This document shows positions 20,512 to 29,561 of a stretch of DNA of 64,000 nucleotides, in pieces (position 1 is the stretch's first letter; each line of letters starts with the position of its first letter). Source of the DNA: Thermodesulfobacteriota bacterium (lineage in GTDB: Bacteria > Desulfobacterota > Binatia > Bin18); assembly GCA_964291405.2 (NCBI GenBank), contig OZ219926.1, forward strand, positions 2,528,001 through 2,592,000, written 5' to 3'. The position numbers and the translations under genes are program-made. The notes under the pieces are model-generated. The model had not been told where the DNA came from and made no database searches. It was given only the letters and a program-made list of their open reading frames with translations.

Positions 20512-22017
20512 ATGATACCGCCAGACCTGTTCGTCCTGTTTATTATTGGGCCGGTTGTCGCGGCAGCTCTTCTCGCTGCCTTTCATAAATGGGACATCTT
20601 TCAGCGCGGGGTGAGCCTCGCTGTCAGTCTGGGGCTGTGGGGGCTATCCGTCGTGGGCCTGCTCTCTCTGCTGCAAGAGGGCCAGCAGGGGATTGTCGTG
20701 CTGCGTATGGGTAACTGGGCCGCGCCCTACGGCATTATCCTGGTTGCCGACGTCCTGAGTATGACCATGGTCGTCCTGACCATGACAATTGGGGTGGCGG
20801 TGGTGATTTTCTCGCTGCGCACAGTAGAACAGGAGCACCAGGAGCATTTTTATTATCCCCTCTTCTTTATTCTCATTATGGGCGTGAACGGCTCCTTTCT
20901 CACCGGAGATTTGTTCAACCTGTTCGTCTTTTTTGAAATCCTGCTGATCGCGTCGTTTGCGCTCCTGGCCCTTGGCTCACAACCCGGCCAACTGCGAGAG
21001 ACGGTCAAATACGTGGTTATCAACCTGATCGCCTCGACCTTTTTTCTGATCAGTCTGTCGGTTCTGTACCGGACGATGGGCACGCTCAATATGGCGGACT
21101 TGGCCTATAAGATTCAGACAACGTCCGGGGAGTTGGACCCGACGCTGACTATCCTGGCTCTGATCTTTTTGTTTGTGTTCGGTACCAAGGCGGCCATCTT
21201 TCCGCTCTATTTTTGGCTGCCCGGCCCGTATTTCCAGCCCTCAGCGGGCTTGAGCGCATTCTTTGGCGGGATTCTGACCAAGGTCGGCGTGTATGCCATT
21301 TTCCGGACCTTTACGCTGATCTTCCGCCATAACCCGGCCCTGACCCATGAACTGCTGCTGATTCTGGCTGCCCTGACCATGCTCCTGGGCGTTTTTGGGG
21401 CGCTGTCCCAGACGGACATGAAGCGGATTTTGTCCTACCACATCATCAGTCAGATCGGCTATCTCATTCTGGGTATCGGCCTGTTGACGCCGCAGGCATT
21501 GGCCGGTGCCCTCTTTTATATGGTGCCCTACGTCCTGGCGAAGTCCTCTCTCTTCCTGATTGCCGGCGTCGTGCAGGCAGCAACCGGTACGACCCACCTC
21601 AAAGCGGTGGGGGGCCTGCAATCCCACTCCATACCCCTGAGCGTTCTCTTTTTGCTGGCGGCCCTGAGCCTTGCCGGCATTCCTCCGCTGGCTGGGTTTT
21701 TCAGTAAATTTATCGTGTTGCAGGCAGGGGTGGAAATTGGTCGTTACGGCTATGTGGGGATTGGGCTCCTGGGCGGCCTCCTGACGTTGGCCTCCATGCT
21801 CAAAATCTGGAACGGAGTCTTCTGGGGCGAAGAGATGGGCGACCGCCGGCCCGTATCACTCTGGCCCCTCTTCCCCGGTATTGTCCTGCTCGTCTTTTTT
21901 ATTGTTGGGATTGGGCTGTTTCCGGGTATACTGTACAGCGTAGCCCAGACCGCTGCGGCACAAGTCGCTGACCCGCGTGTGTATATTGCGGCCGTCCTGG
22001 GAGCGGACGTCTTTTGA
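20512..22017 (+). CDS. mrpD: Mrp antiporter subunit D
   Basis: TGDLFNLFVFFEILL, KAAIFPL.FWLP, LTKVGVY. Confidence 0.95.
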   Translation: MIPPDLFVLFIIGPVVAAALLAAFHKWDIFQRGVSLAVSLGLWGLSVVGLLSLLQEGQQGIVVLRMGNWAAPYGIILVADVLSMTMVVLTMTIGVAVVIFSLRTVEQEHQEHFYYPLFFILIMGVNGSFLTGDLFNLFVFFEILLIASFALLALGSQPGQLRETVKYVVINLIASTFFLISLSVLYRTMGTLNMADLAYKIQTTSGELDPTLTILALIFLFVFGTKAAIFPLYFWLPGPYFQPSAGLSAFFGGILTKVGVYAIFRTFTLIFRHNPALTHELLLILAALTMLLGVFGALSQTDMKRILSYHIISQIGYLILGIGLLTPQALAGALFYMVPYVLAKSSLFLIAGVVQAATGTTHLKAVGGLQSHSIPLSVLFLLAALSLAGIPPLAGFFSKFIVLQAGVEIGRYGYVGIGLLGGLLTLASMLKIWNGVFWGEEMGDRRPVSLWPLFPGIVLLVFFIVGIGLFPGILYSVAQTAAAQVADPRVYIAAVLGADVF

Positions 22018-22512
22018 GTGCGAGGTCTTCTTATGGTGACTCGTTTTTTCTTTAACGTCATCCTGGCCCTTGCCTGGTGCCTGCTGCACGACGAGATATC
22101 CTTGCGTCAGTTCGTGATTGGCTTTCTGGTCGGCCTCTTGGCCATGCTGTTCTTCCCCCGCTCCTTTCACCAAGAGCGCCGCTATTTCCGCAAGGCCGCG
22201 CTGAGCGTACGCCTCGCTCTCTTCTTTACGAAGGAACTCCTGATTGCCAATTGGACCGTGGTCAGACAGGTCCTGGCGTTGAAGCTCGCCATACGGCCCG
22301 GCATTGTCGCCTACCCGCTGTCCTTGCAGAACGATGTCCTGATTACCTTGCTGGCGAATATGATTACCCTGACGCCGGGAACGCTGTCGGTCGAGGTGAG
22401 TCTAGATCGGCAGTTTTTATTTATTCACTTTCTCGATGTCGATGATGTGGAGGAAGAAATCCGCATCATTAAAGACGGCTTTGAACGCCATCTCCTGCTC
22501 ATTGCCCAATGA
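22018..22512 (+). CDS. mrpE: Mrp antiporter subunit E
   Basis: LANMITLTPGTL. Confidence 0.93.
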   Translation: MRGLLMVTRFFFNVILALAWCLLHDEISLRQFVIGFLVGLLAMLFFPRSFHQERRYFRKAALSVRLALFFTKELLIANWTVVRQVLALKLAIRPGIVAYPLSLQNDVLITLLANMITLTPGTLSVEVSLDRQFLFIHFLDVDDVEEEIRIIKDGFERHLLLIAQ

Positions 22513-22811
22513 TTACGCCATTTGTTTCTGTCATCGTGCTGGTTGGTATCACGCTCTCGATCTTACTGAGTGCGTATCGTGCCCTGCGTGGTCCCACGAT
22601 TCCCGACCGGGTTGTGGCCCTGGATAATATTGCGATCAATCTGGTGGCCGCTATTATCGTTGTTTCGATTCGGGCTCAGAGTGCGATATATATCGACGTG
22701 GCCCTGGTTCTCGCCATTCTCTCATTTTTAGGGACAGTCGCGGCAGCCAAATATCTGCTGAGAGGAACGGTCATTGATGGAAGTCCCCTACATACTCGAC
22801 GTCCTGGTTAG
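22509..22811 (+). CDS. mrpF: Mrp antiporter subunit F
   Basis: GPTIPDRVVALD, FLGTVA.AKY. Confidence 0.93.
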   Translation: MITPFVSVIVLVGITLSILLSAYRALRGPTIPDRVVALDNIAINLVAAIIVVSIRAQSAIYIDVALVLAILSFLGTVAAAKYLLRGTVIDGSPLHTRRPG

Positions 22812-23133
22812 CGTCCTCTTGCTGCTCGGCCTGTTTTTTCTCCTGACCGGGACCTTTGGCCTGTTACGGCTGAAAGATGTCTACACGCGCATGCACGCAA
22901 CGAGCAAGAGCACCACGTTTGGCGTGGCCGGGGTGGTCCTGGCCTCGCTGCTCTACCTGCGCTACCTGGGGCTCTCCTCGGGCCTGAAAGAGTCCCTGAT
23001 TGTTCTCTTTCTCTTTCTGACCGCCCCGGTTGGGGCGCATATGATCGCCCGAGCCGCCTACCGTGCCGGCGTTTCGTTGTGGCAGGGCGGCGTGGTGGAC
23101 GATTTCAAGAAATGGCTGGAGACAAACCGGTAG
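22777..23133 (+). CDS. mrpG: Mrp antiporter subunit G
   Basis: DVYTRMHA..K..T.G, TAPVGAH. Confidence 0.93.
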   Translation: MEVPYILDVLVSVLLLLGLFFLLTGTFGLLRLKDVYTRMHATSKSTTFGVAGVVLASLLYLRYLGLSSGLKESLIVLFLFLTAPVGAHMIARAAYRAGVSLWQGGVVDDFKKWLETNR

Positions 23134-23162
23134 AGTCCCGCCGCCGCCTTTTTTTCACTTAT

Positions 23163-24175
23163 TCAGTGGAGTCCGGGTATCACTTCTTTGGCGAAGAGTT
23201 CCATTGAGCGCTGGCTCTTGGCCGGGTCGAGGCCGGGCAGGTGCATGCCCAGGACAAGATGCGTGGTGCGCACTTCCTGGGTAAACCGCTCAATCTCCTG
23301 CCCGATTTCTTCCGGGGTACCGATCATGGGGCTGGCGAGCAAGCGCTCGGGATGCTCCCGCAACTCGGCTGGAGGCGGCAGTTGGCTGAACTGCTCAGCC
23401 CCAGGGAAATCCTTGGCCTCGGCCAGCCAACGACCATACCAACTCAGCATGTAGTGGAGATGATCCTGGGCTTCATCCCAGGCTTGATCGTGACTTGGGG
23501 CGGCATACGCCCAGCGCAACTGGGCAGCATGGTAATCCTTCGGGTCGCGCCCATGCCGGCGCAGCGCGGCATCGTACGCTTCCTGGACCGCTGAGGTTCC
23601 TCCGCCGAGAAAGTGACAGCCCAGACGCGCGGCCCGCTCGACCGCCTTTGGCGCGTTGGCACCGATCCACAAGGGCGGATGTGGGCTCTGGGCCGGTTTG
23701 GGCTGAAGGCGAATCTCTTTCAACTGGTAGTGCTTGCCCTCATAGGAGAAGGGATCCTGGGTCCAGATGCCCCGGATGACCTCAACTCCCTCCTCCATGC
23801 GCGAGCCGCGCTCCTTGCGCGGAATACCATAACCGGCAAACTCGACAGGGGCATACCCCTGTCCCAGCCCCAGGTCAAAGCGCCCTCCACGGTTGCCGCC
23901 GCGTCCTCAGCAACCCGCACGGCGTTGTGCAGGGGCAAGAGGATCAGAAATGTTCCAATACGCACCCGGCTCGTCATCGCGGACAGCGTCCCGGCAATCG
24001 GCAGCAGCGAGGGCGAGTAGCCGTCTTCAGCAAAGTGATGTTCCGTCAGCCAGATCGTGTCATAGCCGAGTTCCTCGGCCACCTGGGCCTGACGTAATTG
24101 CTCGGCATAGAATTGGGGAAACGGCTTGCGCCATTGGGGGGGATTCCGAAAGGGAAAGAGTAAACCGATATCCAT
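23163..24175 (-). pseudogene. LLM-class oxidoreductase split by a short deletion near 23888
   Basis: WLTEHHF, AVRVAEDAAATV then other frame GRFDLGLGQGY; the expected D-x-x-S-x segment is missing. Confidence 0.85.
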
Positions 24176-24204
24176 AACGCCCTCCTTGTTTTGAATACGG
24201 TTAT

Positions 24205-25320
24205 TCAGACTTCAATATTGTACAGCTTCGCCGCGGTGTCGTGCACAATCTTACGCCGGTCGGTTGCTGAGAGCTCATTGAACGTCTCATTAATAAAGTC
24301 CTGAGAACGCGGCCAGGTCGCGGCCGTATGTGGATAGTCCGACGACCACATGGCATTGTCCGGACCATAGATGTCAAGCGTCCGGATAAACAACGGCTCA
24401 TTAATAAAGGTCGCATACACCTGCCGCCGAACATAGTCGCTCGGCTTGAGGCTCAACTTCGCCGTCGTTCCCATAGATCCTAACCGCCCGTGTATGAGAT
24501 CCATACGCCACATAAAATACGACATCCAAGCGACGTCGTTCTCAGCCGAAACGATCTTGAGTTTGGGGAAACGCTCCAGGACACCGCCAAGGACAAAGAC
24601 CGCCAAGGACCGCTCGACCTCGTGGTACAGCGTGGTGGCCTGGAGGGCGAGGTTGCCGCTAAAGAAATCGACTCCGGTCCCCTTTCGGCCCGTCAGGATG
24701 TGCAGCGAGAGCGGCATGTTGAGATCTGATGCCGCCGCCCAGAAGGGATCATAGTCGGTATGGCTGTACGGCCGATCGTCCGGCGCCTCGGCCCAAATCA
24801 TCGCTCCTCTGACGCCTCTTTTGGCGCAGCGCTCAAGCTCTTTTACCCCGGCATCAATGTCTTCCAAGGTAATCAGTCCGAGTGGCAGCAGCCGTTTCGG
24901 ATCATGGCTGCAATACTCTGCCGACCAGTCATTATACGCGCGAAAACAGGAGAACCGCAGTTCTGCATCGTCCAGCATGTAGAGCGGCATCCCCATGGAG
25001 GTGTAGATCGCCTCGGCAACCACACCGTCACGGTCCTGGTCTTTCAGCCGGGCGGCTGGGTCCCATACACTGGCCGGGGCCTGATCCATGCCTTTTTTAT
25101 TATGTTCAGGGAGATCTTCTGACGGCACGCCCGCACCAAAAAACGCAGCCACTGGAAAGGGCGTAATATTCTCGCAGACAAAATACTCGCCCTCTTTCCC
25201 GTGGAGGTCTTTCACTGTATGCGGAGCCTTATCTCGAAACTTCTTATCGATCCGCTCCTGCCAGATGTTTATAGGTTCTACGAAATGTGAATCCGCCGAA
25301 ATGACACCATATTCCGCCAT
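24205..25320 (-). CDS. Amidohydrolase_2 family protein
   Basis: ISADSH, PLSLHI, GVLERFPKL, WSSDYPH. Confidence 0.9.
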   Translation of the reverse strand: MAEYGVISADSHFVEPINIWQERIDKKFRDKAPHTVKDLHGKEGEYFVCENITPFPVAAFFGAGVPSEDLPEHNKKGMDQAPASVWDPAARLKDQDRDGVVAEAIYTSMGMPLYMLDDAELRFSCFRAYNDWSAEYCSHDPKRLLPLGLITLEDIDAGVKELERCAKRGVRGAMIWAEAPDDRPYSHTDYDPFWAAASDLNMPLSLHILTGRKGTGVDFFSGNLALQATTLYHEVERSLAVFVLGGVLERFPKLKIVSAENDVAWMSYFMWRMDLIHGRLGSMGTTAKLSLKPSDYVRRQVYATFINEPLFIRTLDIYGPDNAMWSSDYPHTAATWPRSQDFINETFNELSATDRRKIVHDTAAKLYNIEV

Positions 25321-25438
25321 AAAACACCCTCCTTGTTTGGGACGGTTATTGGACAAAAACTCCCCGAGAACCTTCTGGTGCTGCTACGATACGGCGTCTT
25401 GCTCGATTTTTGCAAGAGATTTTTAGGAGCGTGTGTAC

Positions 25439-25472
25439 AAAAAAAGGGACAGTCCTCTCGAGCTGTCCCTTT
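25439..25472 (-). terminator. Rho-independent terminator after frc-like gene
   Basis: AAAGGGACAG/CTGTCCCTTT stem followed by a T run on the minus strand. Confidence 0.75.
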
Positions 25473-25500
25473 CTGTGCGTGAAGAGAATTGGGTGAGGCA

Positions 25501-26691
25501 CTAGATCAGCCCAGCTTCTCGCATCGTCGCGATGGCTTCTTCGTCATAGCCGAGTTCCGCTAAGACCTCAGCACTATGCTCGCCGAGCAGGGGCGCAGGC
25601 CGTAGCGGAACATCCGAGGCCGCCAGCTTGATGGGATTGCCGGCCATGGTGTACGTGCCGCGCGTGGGATGATCGAGTTCGAGAATCATGTCCCGTGCGC
25701 GCAAATGGGGATCGTTCATGACTTCGCCCGTGTCCTGACACGCCCCGCACGGCACCCCGGCCTCGGCTAAAATCTGCATGACTTCCTGTTTCGGTTTGCT
25801 CGATGTCCATGCTTCGATAAAAGCATTCACTTCAGCGGCGTGCTCAACCCGGGCCTCGGGGGTGTGATAGCGTGGGTCGTCAATCAAGTCTTCCCGTTGT
25901 ATGGCGCACAGCAAGGGGTCCCACATCTGCTGCTGGGCAATAATGAACACATAGTCGTTGGGCCCGCCGGGATGGCAACGATACGTTGTGGCGGGGACAA
26001 ACCCGAGTTGATTGCCCGTGCGTTCAACCGGTTTTCCATTGCGCTGGTGGTCGCGCAGGCTGACCCGAACCAGATTCACCACCGCGTCCTGCATGGACAC
26101 TTCGACCTGTTGGCCGGCTCCCGTGGTGTGGCGCTGCATCAGGGCGGCCAGGATGCCGATGACGCAGTGCATACCGGTGCCCGAGTCTCCCACACACGAC
26201 CAGGTGACGGTGGGCGGATTGTCGGGAAAACCGGTTACGCTCATCGAGCCGCCCATCGCCTGGGCGACGGGTTCAAAACTCTTGAACGAGCTATACGGCC
26301 CAGACGAACCAAAACCTTTGATGCTGGCGTAGACCAGGCGCGGATTGAGCTGTTTGAGGCGGTCATAGCCAAACCCGAGCCGTTCCATCGTGCCGGGTCC
26401 GAAGTTCTCCAGCACGACATCTGCGGTTGCCACCAGTTTTTGAAAGGCCTGCTTGCCTTCCGGCTGTTTGAGGTCAAGCGCGAGGCTGCGCTTGTTGGCA
26501 TTGAAAAAAAGGAAGAAGAGACTGTCCGTCCCCGGCCGGTCATTCAGACTCACGCGGGCGATATCGCCCCGTCCGGGCGGCTCGACCTTGATCACGTCGG
26601 CCCCGAGCCAGGCTAAAATCTGGCCACACGACGGGCCAGCCTGATTATGGGTCAAGTCCAGCACCCGGATACCATCAAGCGCAGTGCTCAT
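25501..26691 (-). CDS. frc: Formyl-CoA transferase-like class III CoA-transferase
   Basis: QAGPSC, GDSGTGMH (catalytic Asp), SMQDAVVNLVRVSLRDHQR resembling Frc. Confidence 0.75.
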   Translation of the reverse strand: MSTALDGIRVLDLTHNQAGPSCGQILAWLGADVIKVEPPGRGDIARVSLNDRPGTDSLFFLFFNANKRSLALDLKQPEGKQAFQKLVATADVVLENFGPGTMERLGFGYDRLKQLNPRLVYASIKGFGSSGPYSSFKSFEPVAQAMGGSMSVTGFPDNPPTVTWSCVGDSGTGMHCVIGILAALMQRHTTGAGQQVEVSMQDAVVNLVRVSLRDHQRNGKPVERTGNQLGFVPATTYRCHPGGPNDYVFIIAQQQMWDPLLCAIQREDLIDDPRYHTPEARVEHAAEVNAFIEAWTSSKPKQEVMQILAEAGVPCGACQDTGEVMNDPHLRARDMILELDHPTRGTYTMAGNPIKLAASDVPLRPAPLLGEHSAEVLAELGYDEEAIATMREAGLI

Positions 26692-26758
26692 TGTCTCACG
26701 CTCCCTTCCATAGTGTCACTCGCCTCTCCCCCGGTCTTGAGGGCCGCTTGGGGCCGCG

Positions 26759-27589
26759 TCAAAAATACCAGGCCAGAGTCAGCGACAGATTGACCTCGTC
26801 GTTATCGACCCGCACCGGCACAAAGACCCCTTCATCCTTCAGATTGAAAGAAACCCAGTCTTCGGCCAGATACCCGGTATAGCGCACCTCGCCCCGGAGG
26901 CCGAGCCGCGAGCCGAACATTTTTTCCAGTCCCGCGCCACTCGTCCACGCGGTAAAATTCTCGTTATGGGTATTGGCGCCGCTCGTGAACTCGTCGGGCT
27001 GGCACCACTCGATTTTGAGACAGCCGTGAAAACGGACGCGGAAGCGCGTCGCCACCCGGCGTACACCCGCCAGGGCGTATATGCTCGAATCGCCTATCAT
27101 CGTCTGAAGAAATTGCGGGCTGGTTCCCAGTTTGAAGGTCAGCCCGTAGCTGAAATTTTTGGCAAAGGACCAGTCGTCGGGCCAGCTCTCGCCCATCTGG
27201 TTGCGGCCCTCGGACTCGCCGATACCCTTGAGCCGCCCACGTGCGGACTCGCCGTGGAAGGCGATATCAAATTCGCTGTCCAGGAAGAGCCGCCCCTGGT
27301 CAAGCAGCGGCCAGCGATACCCGGCCAGCAAACCGAACCCATACCCGGTCGCGTCGGCGGAGTCGCGGTCGCGGTGCACCTTTCCGCTCTGGGAGGTCAT
27401 ATTGAGCGGGCTGGTATTGTCCACGGTCTTTCTGTACGAGGTGTCCAGCCATTCCGGGGTGCCGGTGATGCCCAGATAGAAGCGCCCCGAGTCGGCGAGG
27501 GCCGTAGCAACGGCGCTCGGGCTCGCCATGATGACACCCGCCAGCAGCATATATGAGAATTTTTTCCTCACTTTTGTCAACACCCCCAT
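26759..27589 (-). CDS. Outer-membrane beta-barrel protein
   Basis: Signal peptide, alternating amphipathic strands, C-terminal WYF. Confidence 0.7.
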   Translation of the reverse strand: MGVLTKVRKKFSYMLLAGVIMASPSAVATALADSGRFYLGITGTPEWLDTSYRKTVDNTSPLNMTSQSGKVHRDRDSADATGYGFGLLAGYRWPLLDQGRLFLDSEFDIAFHGESARGRLKGIGESEGRNQMGESWPDDWSFAKNFSYGLTFKLGTSPQFLQTMIGDSSIYALAGVRRVATRFRVRFHGCLKIEWCQPDEFTSGANTHNENFTAWTSGAGLEKMFGSRLGLRGEVRYTGYLAEDWVSFNLKDEGVFVPVRVDNDEVNLSLTLAWYF

Positions 27590-27832
27590 ACCTCCCTCTC
27601 TATCCTCTGCCCAAAATGAGCAATTTCAATCATTTGGAACGTAAAATCACTCTTCTTACATTTTGGGCTTCTGCTGGACATTTCATAGAGAGTGTATAGC
27701 AGTTTGACACCTTATTCCGCGCGGTGCAAATCAGGAGGAGAGAGTGGGGCGTGTGGATTGTCGATATGGTATATAGTGGTGCTATGGTGCCGACAGCAAT
27801 GAATCATCGCCTATGAATCGGAGTGTATCCCC

Positions 27833-28077
27833 ATGCCTCGCCTGACCATCAGTTTAGCCGACCGGACACACCGGGCACTGAAGGAAGCTGCGGCCGGCAG
27901 AATCGTTCCATGGATTCAATCATCGAGGAAAGCCTGGAACTGAGAGGAATCCGACCCTACGACACCGCCAAGGAGATCGTCGCCAAGGCACGAGCGCAGT
28001 CTGGATTGAAAGCTCCCGACGCGATGGCCCTGGCAGTCGAGAAAACAAGACGTTTTCGTGACGAGCAATCGCGCTGA
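27833..28077 (+). pseudogene. Ribbon-helix-helix (CopG-like) antitoxin, -1 frameshift near 27893, no toxin
   Basis: MPRLTISLADRTHRALKEAAA joins RQNRSMDSIIEESLELRGI if one C is added. Confidence 0.7.
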
Positions 28078-28282
28078 GCGGCGTCTCTGTGACTTCCCCT
28101 CGTGGTTTCGTGGATATGTTTTTGTCCCCCAAAGAAATCTGATCGGCTCTCCTCGTAGCCTCGCCTCCCCTTGAACGGAACGATAAAACGCATTCCTCCC
28201 GTTTGGTGGCTTACGCTTCACGAGCGATTTTAAGCCTTTATCCTATCTGTATTTTCTCTTTATCAAAAGAGTAACATCAGAA

Positions 28283-28340
28283 TTTTTGCCAAAAAATCTA
28301 TTGCCAAAAATATCTTTGTCATTTATTGTGATGCTACACT
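28283..28340 (+). promoter_or_regulatory. Putative promoter/operator of the paired-ATPase operon
   Basis: Two TTGCCAAAAA direct repeats; TTGCCA-17-TATTGT and extended -10 TGcTACACT; AT-rich. Confidence 0.45.
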
Positions 28341-28364
28341 AAAATCTCCACAGGAGATTCATAT

Positions 28365-29561
28365 ATGCGCAACATCACTGGACAGGCAGTCGTCGGTGAC
28401 GACCTCTATGGACGAGATTACGAATTGGACCGCCTCTGGGAAAAGCTGCAACAAGGCGAGCACATTCTGATGCTCGCCCCCAGGCGGGTGGGCAAGACCA
28501 GCTTGATGCTGGAACTCCGCCGCGCGCCCCGTGAGAATTGGGATGTTATCTATGTGGATGTTGAAAGTGGAGACGACCCGGCTGACTGCATAGCGGCTAT
28601 TATCGCTGCTCTGGCAGCCAATCCCCAATATCGAAGCCGTTTCGAGGCGATTCCATTCTCGAACGCTATCAAGGATGTCTTTGGACGCCTGTCCGCCAGT
28701 GTCGATACTGGAATATTACATGTCGAGCTCAAACAGGCGATTGGTCGTGAGTGGGAACACGCCGCAGACCAACTTACGGCGCGTCTGACGAGCCTGCCGA
28801 GCACTGGCAGCAATCTTCTGATCATCATTGATGAGCTGCCACTCCTCCTTTCGCAGATGCTGCAAGCTGAGGAGCGGAAACGTGACGCCGAACTGCTGCT
28901 GTCTCGGCTTCGGTCCTGGCGCCAAGCGCCGGAATTGCGCACCAAAGTCCGCACGCTTGTTGGCGGGTCAATCGGACTCGAAGGGGTTCTGAGGCGCATT
29001 GGCCTTTCGGGATTGATCAATGACCTCTCCCCGTTCCGCCTGGACTCGTGGGAGAGGCCGACCGCTGTCAAATTTCTGAAGGGCCTGGGCGGTGATTATA
29101 GTTTTCATCTCGACGAAGGAGCTATCGCGCATATCCTAGACCTGCTGCGGGACCCCGTCCCGTACCACGTGCAACTCTTCTTTGATGCACTCCGCTATGC
29201 TTGCCAAGGTCAGTCTTCCCGCGTTTCGTCGGAAGTGATTGAACGGTGTTTCGCGGAACGGCTGGCAGGAGCCAGTGGCACCGCCCATCTGGACCATTAC
29301 GCCGCACGCCTCGAAATTGCATTTGACGAGAACGAACACGAAGTGGCACTCGAAATCCTGAGCCGAGTCTGCCAGCGAGGGAACGGTTTGAATCTTGCGG
29401 AACTCGAAGACCTGCGACAGCAAAGCGAGCAAACGTTCCGGTCAGTGCTGCGCGATCTGGAGGCCGACGGTTACATAGAGTATGAAGACAGCCGTCTGAA
29501 ATTCTGCTCGAATCTCCTACGGGAATGGTGGCGGAAATACCACGGGAGTGTCGCGTCATGA
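28365..29561 (+). CDS. STAND-like/archaeal-type P-loop ATPase with C-terminal winged helix
   Basis: LYGRDYEL, Walker A APRRVGKTS, Walker B LIIIDE, PYHVQL, L..LEADGYI...LLREWW. Confidence 0.85.
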   Translation: MRNITGQAVVGDDLYGRDYELDRLWEKLQQGEHILMLAPRRVGKTSLMLELRRAPRENWDVIYVDVESGDDPADCIAAIIAALAANPQYRSRFEAIPFSNAIKDVFGRLSASVDTGILHVELKQAIGREWEHAADQLTARLTSLPSTGSNLLIIIDELPLLLSQMLQAEERKRDAELLLSRLRSWRQAPELRTKVRTLVGGSIGLEGVLRRIGLSGLINDLSPFRLDSWERPTAVKFLKGLGGDYSFHLDEGAIAHILDLLRDPVPYHVQLFFDALRYACQGQSSRVSSEVIERCFAERLAGASGTAHLDHYAARLEIAFDENEHEVALEILSRVCQRGNGLNLAELEDLRQQSEQTFRSVLRDLEADGYIEYEDSRLKFCSNLLREWWRKYHGSVAS

